Below, piece by piece: positions 16,199 through 25,555 of a stretch of DNA of 32,000 bases. Position numbers and translations under genes: made by a program. The stretch's first letter is position 1, and every line of letters starts with the position of its first letter. This DNA is from Ktedonobacterales bacterium (GTDB lineage: Bacteria; Chloroflexota; Ktedonobacteria; Ktedonobacterales; JADMIN01), in NCBI GenBank assembly GCA_030167145.1, contig CP126532.1, forward strand, positions 360,001 to 392,000. The letters are read 5' to 3'. The notes under the pieces are model-generated. The model saw nothing but the letters and a program-made list of their open reading frames with translations. It was not told where the DNA came from and made no database searches.

Positions 16199-17698
16199 CT
16201 AGCGCGCTGGCGCGAGGCTAATGATGTTGGTCTGGACGCGGACTCGCGCGGTAAGGCCGCCGCCGAAGAGCGTCACCCAAATGCTAAGATGACCGCTGTT
16301 CCAGGCTGCGCCCTGAATCGTGGCGTTGGGGGGGATAGTGTAGGGGAGTTGCGCCCAGGTGTGCCCTGCGGTATCCCAGTACCAGATATGAAATTCGGGC
16401 AAGATGATATTGGGGGTACTGGCAGTGGCCGAACGCAAATAGAGCAGAGAGCCACCAGGTCCTTCACTCGCGTCGGCGAGCGATGTGCCCCACGGCCTGC
16501 CACCGGTGAAGATGTTTCCGGCTGGCGCAGGTGGAACGGGTGTCCAGCGCAGCGCGGGCGCGCCAAAGGGGTGAACCATCCAACTTGGAGGCAATGTGGC
16601 CGTCGCGATGGCGGTGGTGGTCAGTTTCGTAGCGCCAGAGCCAGTGACGACGCTGGTGAGCAGATAGATGCGCCCCCAGCCGAGCGTGGCAACGTCTCTC
16701 GGAGCGCTGGACAAGAGCACTCGCGGGCTGGTTCCGGGAAGGCTGGCAAGCACTTGCCAGGTCAGGCCGCTATCCCAACTCTGCCAGAGCAGGTTCTCAT
16801 TGAGCACTCCGCTGCGCGCGGTCTGGGCCAGGATGCCGCCATCAGGGCGGAAACCGAGGACCGTCAAATCGCTTGCGCTGTCTATGCCGATATCTGCCGC
16901 GCGCCATGTTGCTCCAAAGTCGCTCGTGGTGAGGATGCGTCCCGCAGCGCCCGCTGGCAACTGGCTAGCGGCGAGCAATGGCGTATTAGCATAGATGTAG
17001 AGGCGTTTCGCTACCAGAGCGAATCCGAGGTCACAGGTGCTCAGCACGCTCGACGGCCACAGTATGGGGCGCCAGTTCGCGCCGCGATCCGTGGTGGCAT
17101 AGAGGGCGGGAGGCGGACATGTGTCGCTGTTGATAGAGATATTCTTGACGACAAGAATTGCGGAATCCTCGATGACCGTGTCGGATCGTATGTCACAGCC
17201 AAAGGCGTTGGGCGCGGGTCCGCGCAGATCGCTCCAGGGGTTCGCGACTGAGGTCGCGGGATTGTACAGCGCGAGTTGAAGCGGCCCGACCTGCACGCCA
17301 AGCGCCCTACGTGGGAGGTTGATCCAGCAAGCATAGGCCAAGGCGGAGGGGCCATTCGCTGGGGCAATGCGGATCTGCGGATTGGCGGCGGCACTGGCAG
17401 GAGCATCGAAATGCTGCCAGCCAAGGTTGCCAGGAGGCGCGGCGCTGAGCCGTGAAACCGCCGGAGCCGACTGGGTGAGCAGACGAGCGACGGTGGCTGG
17501 ACCGCCAAGGAGCACGACCGCCAGGGCAATAAGACTCGCAACGGCAAACGCTCCACGACGCAGTTTGCCGCGTGGAGTGAGCCGGCGCTCCCATGAGGGG
17601 ATGCCGGTGTCCCATACTAGGTCGTCATCGTCGCCGGCGTCGCCCTCAGCGGCATCGGAATACCAGTCGGGATGCCAGTTCGCAACCGGTTTGTTCAT
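16199..17698 (-). CDS. Membrane-anchored BNR/Asp-box repeat (beta-propeller) protein
   Basis: The ORF track lists 16199..17737; I take MNKPVANW at 17698 as the likely start. The protein has an acidic N-terminus and one TM helix (AFAVASLIALAVVLLGG). It then carries repeated S/T-x-D-x-G-x-T/N-W Asp-boxes (TTDRGANW, TSDFGATW, SWDSGLTW). Confidence 0.7.
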   Translation of the reverse strand: MNKPVANWHPDWYSDAAEGDAGDDDDLVWDTGIPSWERRLTPRGKLRRGAFAVASLIALAVVLLGGPATVARLLTQSAPAVSRLSAAPPGNLGWQHFDAPASAAANPQIRIAPANGPSALAYACWINLPRRALGVQVGPLQLALYNPATSVANPWSDLRGPAPNAFGCDIRSDTVIEDSAILVVKNISINSDTCPPPALYATTDRGANWRPILWPSSVLSTCDLGFALVAKRLYIYANTPLLAASQLPAGAAGRILTTSDFGATWRAADIGIDSASDLTVLGFRPDGGILAQTARSGVLNENLLWQSWDSGLTWQVLASLPGTSPRVLLSSAPRDVATLGWGRIYLLTSVVTGSGATKLTTTAIATATLPPSWMVHPFGAPALRWTPVPPAPAGNIFTGGRPWGTSLADASEGPGGSLLYLRSATASTPNIILPEFHIWYWDTAGHTWAQLPYTIPPNATIQGAAWNSGHLSIWVTLFGGGLTARVRVQTNIISLAPAR

Positions 17699-17936
17699 GA
17701 TCCCATCCCTCGACATTGAGGCAGGACTCGGCACCATACATGGCTAGAAGCGTACCAGCATGGCGCAAGTGCATCAGCAACTTGACCCCACATCACTATA
17801 CGCGGTACGATACGTCGGCAACATTAACGCTTACGTGAATGTTTATACCGGCTCAAGTCAGCTATAGTTCGTTCGTTCGCGCCTGGTGGATAAGCCGCGC
17901 CGATGACGATATGGGGATGAGTGAGGATATTTGGTG

Positions 17937-19448
17937 ATGGCACGCAACACAGCAATTGGGATGAAGGCGAGACGGGGGGAAGTAGCCAGAGGTGAGACAG
18001 CAGGCGCTTATAAGTGGATGGCGCTCTCCTGCACAAGCCTGGGCACGCTGCTCGCCACACTCAACAGCGGAACACTGATTATCGCGCTACCGGTGCTGTT
18101 GCGTGAACTCCATACGGACCTGATTACGCTGGTGTGGGTGCTGCTTTCGTATATGCTGGTGCAGACGGTGCTGGTGTTGACGGCGGGGCGACTCTCGGAT
18201 ATGGTCGGGCGCAAGCATCTGTTCGTACTCGGCTCAGCGGCCTTTGGAGTGGCGTCGCTGATCGCGGGATTCGTCTCGACGGGAGGCGAGTTGGTGGCGG
18301 TGCGCGTGCTGCAAGGCGCGGCGGGGGCGTTGATGATGGCGACGAGTTCGGCTATCGTCACGGACGCCTTTCCCAAGCGACAGCTCGGCGTGGCGCTCGG
18401 CACGAACATGATTGTCGCGGCGGTGGGCAGCATCCTGGGCACGATTCTCGGCGGCTGGCTGACGCTATTCGGCTGGCAATGGGTCTTCTGGTTCAATGTG
18501 CCGTTCTCGGTCATTGGCACGATCTGGGCATGGCTCAATTTGCGCGAACAGGGGCAGATTGACCGCCATCAGCGCTTCGATATTCCCGGCACGATCACCT
18601 ACCTCATCTCGATTACCGGGCTGCTTCTGGCACTGACCATCGGCGGCATCGAGGGTTGGACAACGCCATTGGTGATCGGCGGGTTCATCGCGGCAATCAT
18701 CTTTCTGCCGATATTCATCGTGCGCGAGTTGCATGCGCGGCAGCCACTGCTGGATCTGAGCCTCTTTCGCGACCGCCTGTTCGCGATGGGCAATCTGAGC
18801 GCGTTCTTGAATTCGCTGGCACGGCTGGCGGTGACATTTCTGTTCGTCTTCTATTTTCAGGGGCCGCTACAGAAAGACGCGCTGACAGCGGGTATATTGC
18901 TCACGCCTATTGCCCTCGGCATGCTGATTACCTCGCCGATCTCCGGCTATCTGGCCGATCGCCACGGCTCGCGGCTGCTGGCGTCGCTGGGGCTGGTAAT
19001 CGCGGCGGTGGGGCTGGCGGGGATGGCGCTGATCCAGATAGATACGCCGTATTGGTACACCGCTACCGTGATGTTCGTGATGGGCGCGGGATCAGGCCTC
19101 TTCAATTCGCCGAATACGAGCGCGATTATGGCGAGTGTGCGTCCGGGGCAGCGTGGCATCGCGGCGGGTACGCGCACGATGCTGATGAACACGGGCGGTG
19201 TCTTTAGTATCGCCTTCGCCCTGGCGATTGTGGCTAGCACATTACCGGCGTCGGTGATGTTCCAGATTTTCGCAGGAGTGACGGCGGGCGTGCCAGCAAG
19301 TGCACTGACCTCGTTTATGAACGGGCTGCATATCTCCTTCTGGCTGATGGCGGCAATTTCGTTGCTGGCGGCGGTGGCATCGGCGATGCGTGGGTCGGCG
19401 CATCCAGGAGGCGTGACGGAGGAGGATGCGGTCGCAGATGTGGCGTAA
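17937..19448 (+). CDS. MFS transporter, DHA2 (EmrB/QacA-like, 14-TMS) type
   Basis: The frame is open from TTG 17931, and the ATG at 17937 follows a GTGAGGA SD. It contains the MFS motif GRLSDMVGRK and about 14 hydrophobic segments over ~500 aa. Confidence 0.88.
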   Translation: MARNTAIGMKARRGEVARGETAGAYKWMALSCTSLGTLLATLNSGTLIIALPVLLRELHTDLITLVWVLLSYMLVQTVLVLTAGRLSDMVGRKHLFVLGSAAFGVASLIAGFVSTGGELVAVRVLQGAAGALMMATSSAIVTDAFPKRQLGVALGTNMIVAAVGSILGTILGGWLTLFGWQWVFWFNVPFSVIGTIWAWLNLREQGQIDRHQRFDIPGTITYLISITGLLLALTIGGIEGWTTPLVIGGFIAAIIFLPIFIVRELHARQPLLDLSLFRDRLFAMGNLSAFLNSLARLAVTFLFVFYFQGPLQKDALTAGILLTPIALGMLITSPISGYLADRHGSRLLASLGLVIAAVGLAGMALIQIDTPYWYTATVMFVMGAGSGLFNSPNTSAIMASVRPGQRGIAAGTRTMLMNTGGVFSIAFALAIVASTLPASVMFQIFAGVTAGVPASALTSFMNGLHISFWLMAAISLLAAVASAMRGSAHPGGVTEEDAVADVA

Positions 19449-19524
19449 GTCTTGTTGCCAGGGCGCGACATAACAGATAATCTCCTCAAGGGCGCGTCAG
19501 GAGCAGGGCGCCGGGGAGGGTGCT

Positions 19525-20235
19525 GTGATTTCACTGCCACTTGGTCATTTTTTGGTGCGGCTCGCGGTGGCGATGGCGCTCGGCCTGCTGGTGGGCATCG
19601 AGCGCGAGCGGCGGCGGGTGTGGCGCGCAGCAGGGATGCGCACGCTGACGCTGGTTTCGATGGGATCGGCGCTCTTCACGATGATCTCGGCCTATGGCTT
19701 TGTGGAGTTCAGCGGCAATGACTACGCCAAGCTGGATCCGTCGCGCATTGCCGCGCAGGTGGTGACGGGCATTGGTTTCCTTGGCGCGGGAGCGATTCTG
19801 CTGAGGAATAAGGGAGTACGCGGGCTAACTACCGCAGCTTCGGTCTGGGTGATTGCCGCGATTGGCATGGCTTGTGGGCTAGGGCTGCTACTTCAGGCGA
19901 TCGCGGCGACAGTGCTGGGTTTGCTGGTGCTCGCGGCGTTTCGTCCTATCGAACGCTGGCTCTTTTCTGACCGCGCGCATTCGCGGGTGCGGATGCGCCT
20001 CAAACCCGGCGCGAGCGGCGATATTCTCGAAGACATCTACGCTGTGTGCCATGAGTCCGGTGTGACACTGCGCGGACTTGAACTTCACAGAAGTACACGC
20101 GGCGACCTGATCGAACTACGCTACACGGCGAAAAAACGCGCGGATTCGATGGTCCTGCTCAGCAAGCTCAGGCAAATGCCGCAGGTGCAGGCGGTGCGTG
20201 CTGACCTGCACGTGAATGACCTCACGCAAGAGTGA
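19525..20235 (+). CDS. mgtC: MgtC/SapB family membrane protein
   Basis: GTG start after a GGGGAGGG SD. Conserved MgtC-family motifs are LLVGIERERR...AGMRT, QVVTGIGFLGAGAIL and GLTTAASVW. A C-terminal ACT-like soluble domain is present. Confidence 0.88.
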   Translation: MISLPLGHFLVRLAVAMALGLLVGIERERRRVWRAAGMRTLTLVSMGSALFTMISAYGFVEFSGNDYAKLDPSRIAAQVVTGIGFLGAGAILLRNKGVRGLTTAASVWVIAAIGMACGLGLLLQAIAATVLGLLVLAAFRPIERWLFSDRAHSRVRMRLKPGASGDILEDIYAVCHESGVTLRGLELHRSTRGDLIELRYTAKKRADSMVLLSKLRQMPQVQAVRADLHVNDLTQE

Positions 20236-20272
20236 GGCGATGCGCCCCACTCAGATGTCTGCCTGGTATGGC

Positions 20273-21028
20273 TCAACCGTTACTGCTTGTTGCGGGTGGC
20301 GATGGAAAGATTGGCGCGGTTCGCGCGGCTTGCGTTGCCTTCTGATGGCGACGGAAGTGCGCGGTGATGCGGTGAAGGCCTAGCCGGCCCCAGAAGTGGT
20401 GCAGCACCAGGATAAGGACAAGGGCGCCTATGGCGATGGCAATGCCGGTAAAGCCAAGCGAGTTGAGCCAATTGAGGGGAGCGACATAGTTCTTGCCAAG
20501 CGCAAAACCTAGCACCATAAAGACGCCACAATAGAGCAGTGAGCCAATGAATGTGCCGATGGCGAAGGTGGGGAAGGGAATATCCGCCGCGCCCATGATG
20601 AAGGAGCTGTAGGTGCGCACCATGGGCGTCTCGCGGGCGATGATCACGCCAGCCGCGCCGCGATGACGCAACCATAGCTCGATGTGATCGGCACGCTGCT
20701 GATTGAGGCCGACGAAGCGCCCAATGCGGGTAATCGCGGGCGTGCCGCCGCGCATACCTATCAGATAGGCAAGGGAGGAGAATATCAGGCAACCAAGCGT
20801 GGTGGTGAGCAGGCCAAGTGGTAAGTTGACCCGCCCTTGCTCCGCGAGCGAGCCAACGAAAAGCAGCATGATTTCGATGGGCACGCCGATGCCCGCGCTC
20901 TCCAGGCCGAGCCAGATGGCGGCGATCAGGTAGACCAGCACACCGGGCACCGTATCGAGCAGATGAATGAGATTCGTGACGAGTTGCTCCACAATCCACT
21001 CCCTACCGGAGTTTGCCCCGGCTAGCAT
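20273..21028 (-). CDS. DedA/SNARE-associated (VTT domain) membrane protein
   Basis: 251 aa. The sequence shows the DedA-family pattern: ESAGIGVPIEIMLLFVGSLA...GRFVGLNQQRADHIELWLRHRGAAGVIIARETPMVRTYSSFIMGAADIPF. Confidence 0.88.
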   Translation of the reverse strand: MLAGANSGREWIVEQLVTNLIHLLDTVPGVLVYLIAAIWLGLESAGIGVPIEIMLLFVGSLAEQGRVNLPLGLLTTTLGCLIFSSLAYLIGMRGGTPAITRIGRFVGLNQQRADHIELWLRHRGAAGVIIARETPMVRTYSSFIMGAADIPFPTFAIGTFIGSLLYCGVFMVLGFALGKNYVAPLNWLNSLGFTGIAIAIGALVLILVLHHFWGRLGLHRITAHFRRHQKATQAARTAPIFPSPPATSSNG

Positions 21029-21316
21029 TCACAGTACGCATGTGCTGCTATCCTAGCATCTCTGGCTGATTCGCGCTAGAGGGGAAAATCAGAGGGTGTA
21101 AAGATGTTGTTGTGCCAATGCGCTCTTGTTGCTTAGCTAAGCTTTCTATGTTGTGCCGCCAGGGGAAATGGCCGAACAGGGGTGGCTGAAGAGCTTTGTG
21201 GCATCTCAAAGCGCGACAGGGGCAAGCGGATGCCGTCACAGTGGCAGAATCGCAACTATTTGCTGCTGTGGGGCGAGCAGCGGAGACTGCACTATGAGCG
21301 ATTGTTCGATGCGTTT

Positions 21317-22507
21317 TCAGGCCCTCCGCGTATGATGCGACGACTTCGTAAACGTAGCAGTCGAAACACTGTCCGTTCTGTGTACGGCACGATGGCCGTC
21401 TATTATCTCCTCATACGTGTCTTCCAGCATTTGCATGACGGTATCCCAGGTGTACTGGCGTGCATACTCGCGCGCGTTCCTGCCCATACGCGCACGCTCA
21501 TAGGGATGTGCAAGTAGCGCATCTATAGCCTCATGCAAACCTGTTGTGGACGTAGGTGCGCTGAGCATGCCCGTCGTGCCATGTATCACATTGTCACGCA
21601 CACCCTCGGCATCATACGCGGCCACCGGCAAGCCGCTCGCCATAGCTTCCAACACTACCTGACCGAAGGTCTCTGTGGTCGAGGGAAATACAAATAGATC
21701 GGAAGAGGCATATGCCTCAGCAAGTTCTACACCTGTGAGATAGCCAGTGAAGGTCACAGGTTGCTGAGCTAGCATCGTTTCTAATTCCGGGCGTGCTGGC
21801 CCATCGCCTACCAGCACGAGGCGCGCGTTCCGGTAGCGCCGAGCAATGAAGGCCGAGACGAGCGCGCCCAGATTCTTCTCCCATGAGAGCCGACCCACAT
21901 ACAGTGCAATAGGCGTATCGGGGTCGCCTGAGATAAGGGAACGCCAGACACGGGAGCGCCGCTCAGGAGAGAAGAGCGCGCTATCTACACCGCGCCGCCA
22001 GACACGCAGGTGCTGAAAACCTTGTTGCTCGAGTTGTATTATCGTCGAGAAAGAAGGGGCGAGTGTCACGGCACAGTGATTGTGCAGCCAGCGGCGGTAG
22101 GCCCATGCAGGAGCGGTGAGCCATCCGAGTCGAAAATAGTCACAGTAGGCGGCGAGATTAGTGTGATATGAGGCTACAATCGGCGCATGCAAACGCCGTG
22201 CCCAGAAGATGCCAGCGGAACCAAGGAGTATTGGGTCCACTACATGCACTACATCGGGGCGGAAGTGCGCCAAGCGGTGTTCTAGGCGGCGTGAGGGGAA
22301 AAGCGCACGAATTTCTGGGTACATGGGTAGCGGCACTCCGCGCGCCGCGTAAACACGCGCCCCAGCATACCGATGAGGTGCGCCTTCTGGCCCAAGAACA
22401 ATAGCCTTGTGCCCACATCGTTGGAAATGCTCAAGCATCGTTGCCAGTGTGCGTGTGACGCCGTCGAGCTTGGGTAGAAAGTTTTCGGTTACGATTGCGA
22501 TGCGCAT
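21317..22507 (-). CDS. GT4-family glycosyltransferase (SqdX/MgdA-like lipid glycosyltransferase type)
   Basis: The N-terminus MRIAIVTENFLPKLDGVTRTL closely resembles SqdX-type GT4 enzymes. The C-terminal EX7E region reads FVFPSTTETFGQVVLEAMASGLPV. Confidence 0.85.
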   Translation of the reverse strand: MRIAIVTENFLPKLDGVTRTLATMLEHFQRCGHKAIVLGPEGAPHRYAGARVYAARGVPLPMYPEIRALFPSRRLEHRLAHFRPDVVHVVDPILLGSAGIFWARRLHAPIVASYHTNLAAYCDYFRLGWLTAPAWAYRRWLHNHCAVTLAPSFSTIIQLEQQGFQHLRVWRRGVDSALFSPERRSRVWRSLISGDPDTPIALYVGRLSWEKNLGALVSAFIARRYRNARLVLVGDGPARPELETMLAQQPVTFTGYLTGVELAEAYASSDLFVFPSTTETFGQVVLEAMASGLPVAAYDAEGVRDNVIHGTTGMLSAPTSTTGLHEAIDALLAHPYERARMGRNAREYARQYTWDTVMQMLEDTYEEIIDGHRAVHRTDSVSTATFTKSSHHTRRA

Positions 22508-22625
22508 GGAGGTTCCCTCTTTCCAGAGGAAACCGTGCCATACGCTCGTTAAATAGCCGAGAAGGCTGCGTTAAAGTATTGTGCGCGTGGAATCCACGGG
22601 GGAAAGCAAGCGCATTTCCAGTGCG

Positions 22626-23627
22626 CTATATCTCCATGCCATATTTTGCCGCACCGAGGAGGGCGACTTTGGGGTTGAGGATGACGTGTATGGGGATGTC
22701 TTGGAGCAGGTCGGCAAAGCGCCCTTTCTGGGTGAAGGCGCGCAGCAATTGCGGCTCACGCAGGAATGGCAGGATACGCGGGGGAATGCCGCCACCGATG
22801 TAGACGCCGCCAGTCGCCAGCACCTTGAGGGCGAGGTTGCCGGCCTCCGCACCGAGAATGGAGACGAACATACGTATGGTGCGGATGCAGATCTCGCATG
22901 GGCGCGCCGTATCGAATGCGGCGGTGATGATTACTGGTGTGTGGTCATGGGTCGCGGCAAGTTGTTCAGCCAGCCATGCGGGTTCGGGCGCTGCGCCGCT
23001 ATCTTTTAGATAGGCGTAGATGTTTGAGATGCCGATGCCCGAACAGGCACGCTCGTAACTGACATGCCCTTCGCGGGACTGAAGATAGCGCAGCAAGCCG
23101 ATTTGAACGTCATCGGTCGGCGCAAAATCGCTGTGGCCACCTTCGGAGGGATGGACGCGAAGCGCAGGTCCGTCGTATGTGATGTAGGTTTCGCCTAAGC
23201 CGGTGCCGGGCGCGATTACCGCGATGGGCGCGCCTTCCGCAGGGACGCCCGCGTTGAGGGTAGAAATGTCAGCGGGCTGAAGCGCAGGAATGCCATGGCC
23301 GATGGCAACCAGGTCGTTCAGCAGATGAACAGTGGGGATACGCAGCGCATGGCTGAGATGCTCCTCAGTCAGAATCCAGGGAAGATTGGTGATGGTGGCA
23401 CGGCCCGCGACGACTGGCCCTGCCACGCCAAAGCTGGCTCGTTCGATAGGCAGCGCGACCTTGGAGAGGAAATTCTGGGCGAGCGCTTCAAGACTGGGAT
23501 AATCGGCGCTAGGAAGCGTTGCTTCGGCGAGAGGCGCGGCTAGTCCGGACTCGCGCGAGAAAATTGCCAGGGTGGTCTTGGTGCCGCCGATATCGCCAGC
23601 AAGTAGCATCGGGTGATTCCTCTTCAT
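22626..23627 (-). CDS. glk: Glucokinase (Glk family)
   Basis: The N-terminus MLLAGDIGGTKTTLAIF is the Glk/ASKHA phosphate-1 motif. It also has GPVVAGRATITNLPW and a C-terminal GGVYIGGGIPPRILP. The start may be the internal Met at 23609. Confidence 0.85.
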   Translation of the reverse strand: MKRNHPMLLAGDIGGTKTTLAIFSRESGLAAPLAEATLPSADYPSLEALAQNFLSKVALPIERASFGVAGPVVAGRATITNLPWILTEEHLSHALRIPTVHLLNDLVAIGHGIPALQPADISTLNAGVPAEGAPIAVIAPGTGLGETYITYDGPALRVHPSEGGHSDFAPTDDVQIGLLRYLQSREGHVSYERACSGIGISNIYAYLKDSGAAPEPAWLAEQLAATHDHTPVIITAAFDTARPCEICIRTIRMFVSILGAEAGNLALKVLATGGVYIGGGIPPRILPFLREPQLLRAFTQKGRFADLLQDIPIHVILNPKVALLGAAKYGMEI

Positions 23628-23834
23628 CGCTATCGCATCGCTTTGACAGTTGAGATTTCATTGTAGCCGATGGCGAATGGGGTATGGGAGGCTATGGCCA
23701 GTGGGAGCGAACAGGGCCTACGATTCAGAGGACATGGTAAGGCTTGCGTAAGGTTTGCCGTGTACGCTAGTGGCAAGAAAAGGCCGTTCTAGAAGAGGGC
23801 GCTACGAAATGCGCGCGATACATTCGTTTGAGGC

Positions 23835-25550
23835 ATGGTTATGAACGAGAGCAGCCACGAACAGCAGGATCATGGTGTTGGTTCGGGAGCATCAGTAACG
23901 CAGGCGCCGCAGCCGACCAGGATGTTCCCGACGGTGTTCGCTAGCGCGTTAGTCGGGGCGGCGTGTGGCGCGGTGGCAGCGCTGGTGGCGCGCTATTTCG
24001 TTGGCATCCCGACATCCGCAGAGCTATTCGGCGACCGGCTCACCGCGCTTGTGCCGCTCCCGCTCTTTGAGACGTTGCTCAGGATCTTCGGCAGCAATGC
24101 CAAGCATTTCTATTTTGGCGGGGTGCTCATCGGACAGTGCCTGCTGACGGCAGTCGCAGGCACACTCTACTGGTTAGGGCGCGTGCGGCTGATGAACCGT
24201 GCAGCCAGTTCGCGGAACGTAACGGGCAGGCAGCGACCTGGGGTACTCGATGTGCTGGCGCTGGTGCTGGGATTGTGGCTGCTTTCCGCTGGAGTATTGG
24301 CAGCGCTCATCGGTGGCGGATGGTTTGGCGCCGACCTGACGGGGGGCGCGAGCACCGTGTTTGTGAGCGAACTGCCAGCAAATATCGTCTTCGCGCTGGT
24401 ATTCGTCTGGATGTTGCGGCGCGAGCGGGTGGCGCAGCCCGCAACGGAATTGACTGAGAAGCAATTGGCACGGCGCACACTGCTGAAGCAAGGGCTGTTT
24501 GCGGCGGCGGTGCTGACAGGAGGCGCAGTGCTGTGGGAAGCGCTCTCATCTGGTTTGGGTAGTATGCTGGGCGTACCGGGGGCACGCCAGACACAACTAC
24601 AGTTGAAAGATACACCCAGCCGGATTGTGCCACCGCCCACACCTGAATATGGGCCATGGCAGGCGGTGCCAGGACAAACACCAGAAGTGACGTTCGCCGG
24701 GGATTTTTACTATGTCTCGAAGAATCTGGTAGGCGATCCACAGATTGACGCAGCCAACTGGCAATTGGCGATTACTGGGCAGGTGAAGACGCCATACTCG
24801 CTGAGCTATGATGAGCTGCGGCAGTTGCCGCAAATTCAGCAGTATCACACCCTGGAGTGCATCAGCAACGAAGTGGGCGGTGATCTGATGAGCAATGCGC
24901 TCTGGACTGGTGTGTCGCTCGCGGATGTGCTGAATCGCGCGGGCATCCAGCAGGGAGCGAGCGAGGTCATTTTTCGCGCCGCCGATGGGTATAGCGACGC
25001 GCTGCACTTGAGTCAGGCGCTAGATGAGCGTTCGCTCATCGTGTATCAGATCAATGGCGCGCCATTACCACACGCGCATGGTTTCCCGGCTCGGTTGCTG
25101 ATCCCCGGATTGTATGGCATGAAGAACGGCAAGTGGCTTACCTCGCTCGACGTGGGGCCAGGCAGCTATGCGGGCTATTGGGAGCAGCGTGGCTGGACGC
25201 CAGAGGCGCTGGTGAAGATGACGTCGCGCATTGACCTGCCACACGATGGCGATTTATTGCTGGCGAAGCCAATGTATATCGCGGGCGTTGCGTACAGCGG
25301 GGACAAGGGTATCGCGCGGGTTGATGTGAGCACGGATGGCGGGCAGACATGGCAGCAGGCGAACTTGAAGCGGCCACTGGGTGAACTGACCTGGGTGCTG
25401 TGGGAGATGGCCTGGACGCCAGCAAGCGGTTCCTATGCCATCGTCGCGCGTGCAATAGATCTGGATGGGAACGTGCAGACGCCTGCCTATGCTTCGACAC
25501 TGCCGGATGGCGCATCGGGATATGATGCGGTGAGCGTCGTTGTGCGGTGA
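23835..25550 (+). CDS. Molybdopterin-dependent oxidoreductase (sulfite-oxidase/YedY fold) with an N-terminal multi-TM domain
   Basis: An N-terminal ~230 aa carries several hydrophobic helices. It is followed by the Oxidored_molyb core YHTLECISNEVGG...GFPARLLIPGLYGMKNGKWL and a Mo-co dimerisation-like C-terminus. Confidence 0.82.
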   Translation: MVMNESSHEQQDHGVGSGASVTQAPQPTRMFPTVFASALVGAACGAVAALVARYFVGIPTSAELFGDRLTALVPLPLFETLLRIFGSNAKHFYFGGVLIGQCLLTAVAGTLYWLGRVRLMNRAASSRNVTGRQRPGVLDVLALVLGLWLLSAGVLAALIGGGWFGADLTGGASTVFVSELPANIVFALVFVWMLRRERVAQPATELTEKQLARRTLLKQGLFAAAVLTGGAVLWEALSSGLGSMLGVPGARQTQLQLKDTPSRIVPPPTPEYGPWQAVPGQTPEVTFAGDFYYVSKNLVGDPQIDAANWQLAITGQVKTPYSLSYDELRQLPQIQQYHTLECISNEVGGDLMSNALWTGVSLADVLNRAGIQQGASEVIFRAADGYSDALHLSQALDERSLIVYQINGAPLPHAHGFPARLLIPGLYGMKNGKWLTSLDVGPGSYAGYWEQRGWTPEALVKMTSRIDLPHDGDLLLAKPMYIAGVAYSGDKGIARVDVSTDGGQTWQQANLKRPLGELTWVLWEMAWTPASGSYAIVARAIDLDGNVQTPAYASTLPDGASGYDAVSVVVR

Positions 25551-25555
25551 CGCGC

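Noticed and set aside
16022-17251. 409-aa plus-strand ORF opposite the BNR-repeat gene, and alternative-frame ORFs 17041..17556 and 17307..17615
   Set aside because: The minus-strand frame carries repeated Asp-box motifs and a TM anchor. The others are low-complexity Arg/Gly-rich frames.
20280-20999. 239-aa minus-strand ORF overlapping the DedA gene in another frame
   Set aside because: The 20273..21028 frame gives a clean DedA/VTT membrane protein. The alternative frame is Arg/His-rich with no hydrophobic segments.
21029-21316. 288-bp DedA-GT4 intergenic region inspected for a riboswitch or ncRNA (e.g. yybP-ykoY-like or guanidine-type)
   Set aside because: I could not find the conserved core motifs of those classes by eye. 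Only short repeats (ctagcat x2) were seen. This is unresolved rather than excluded, and an Rfam scan would settle it.
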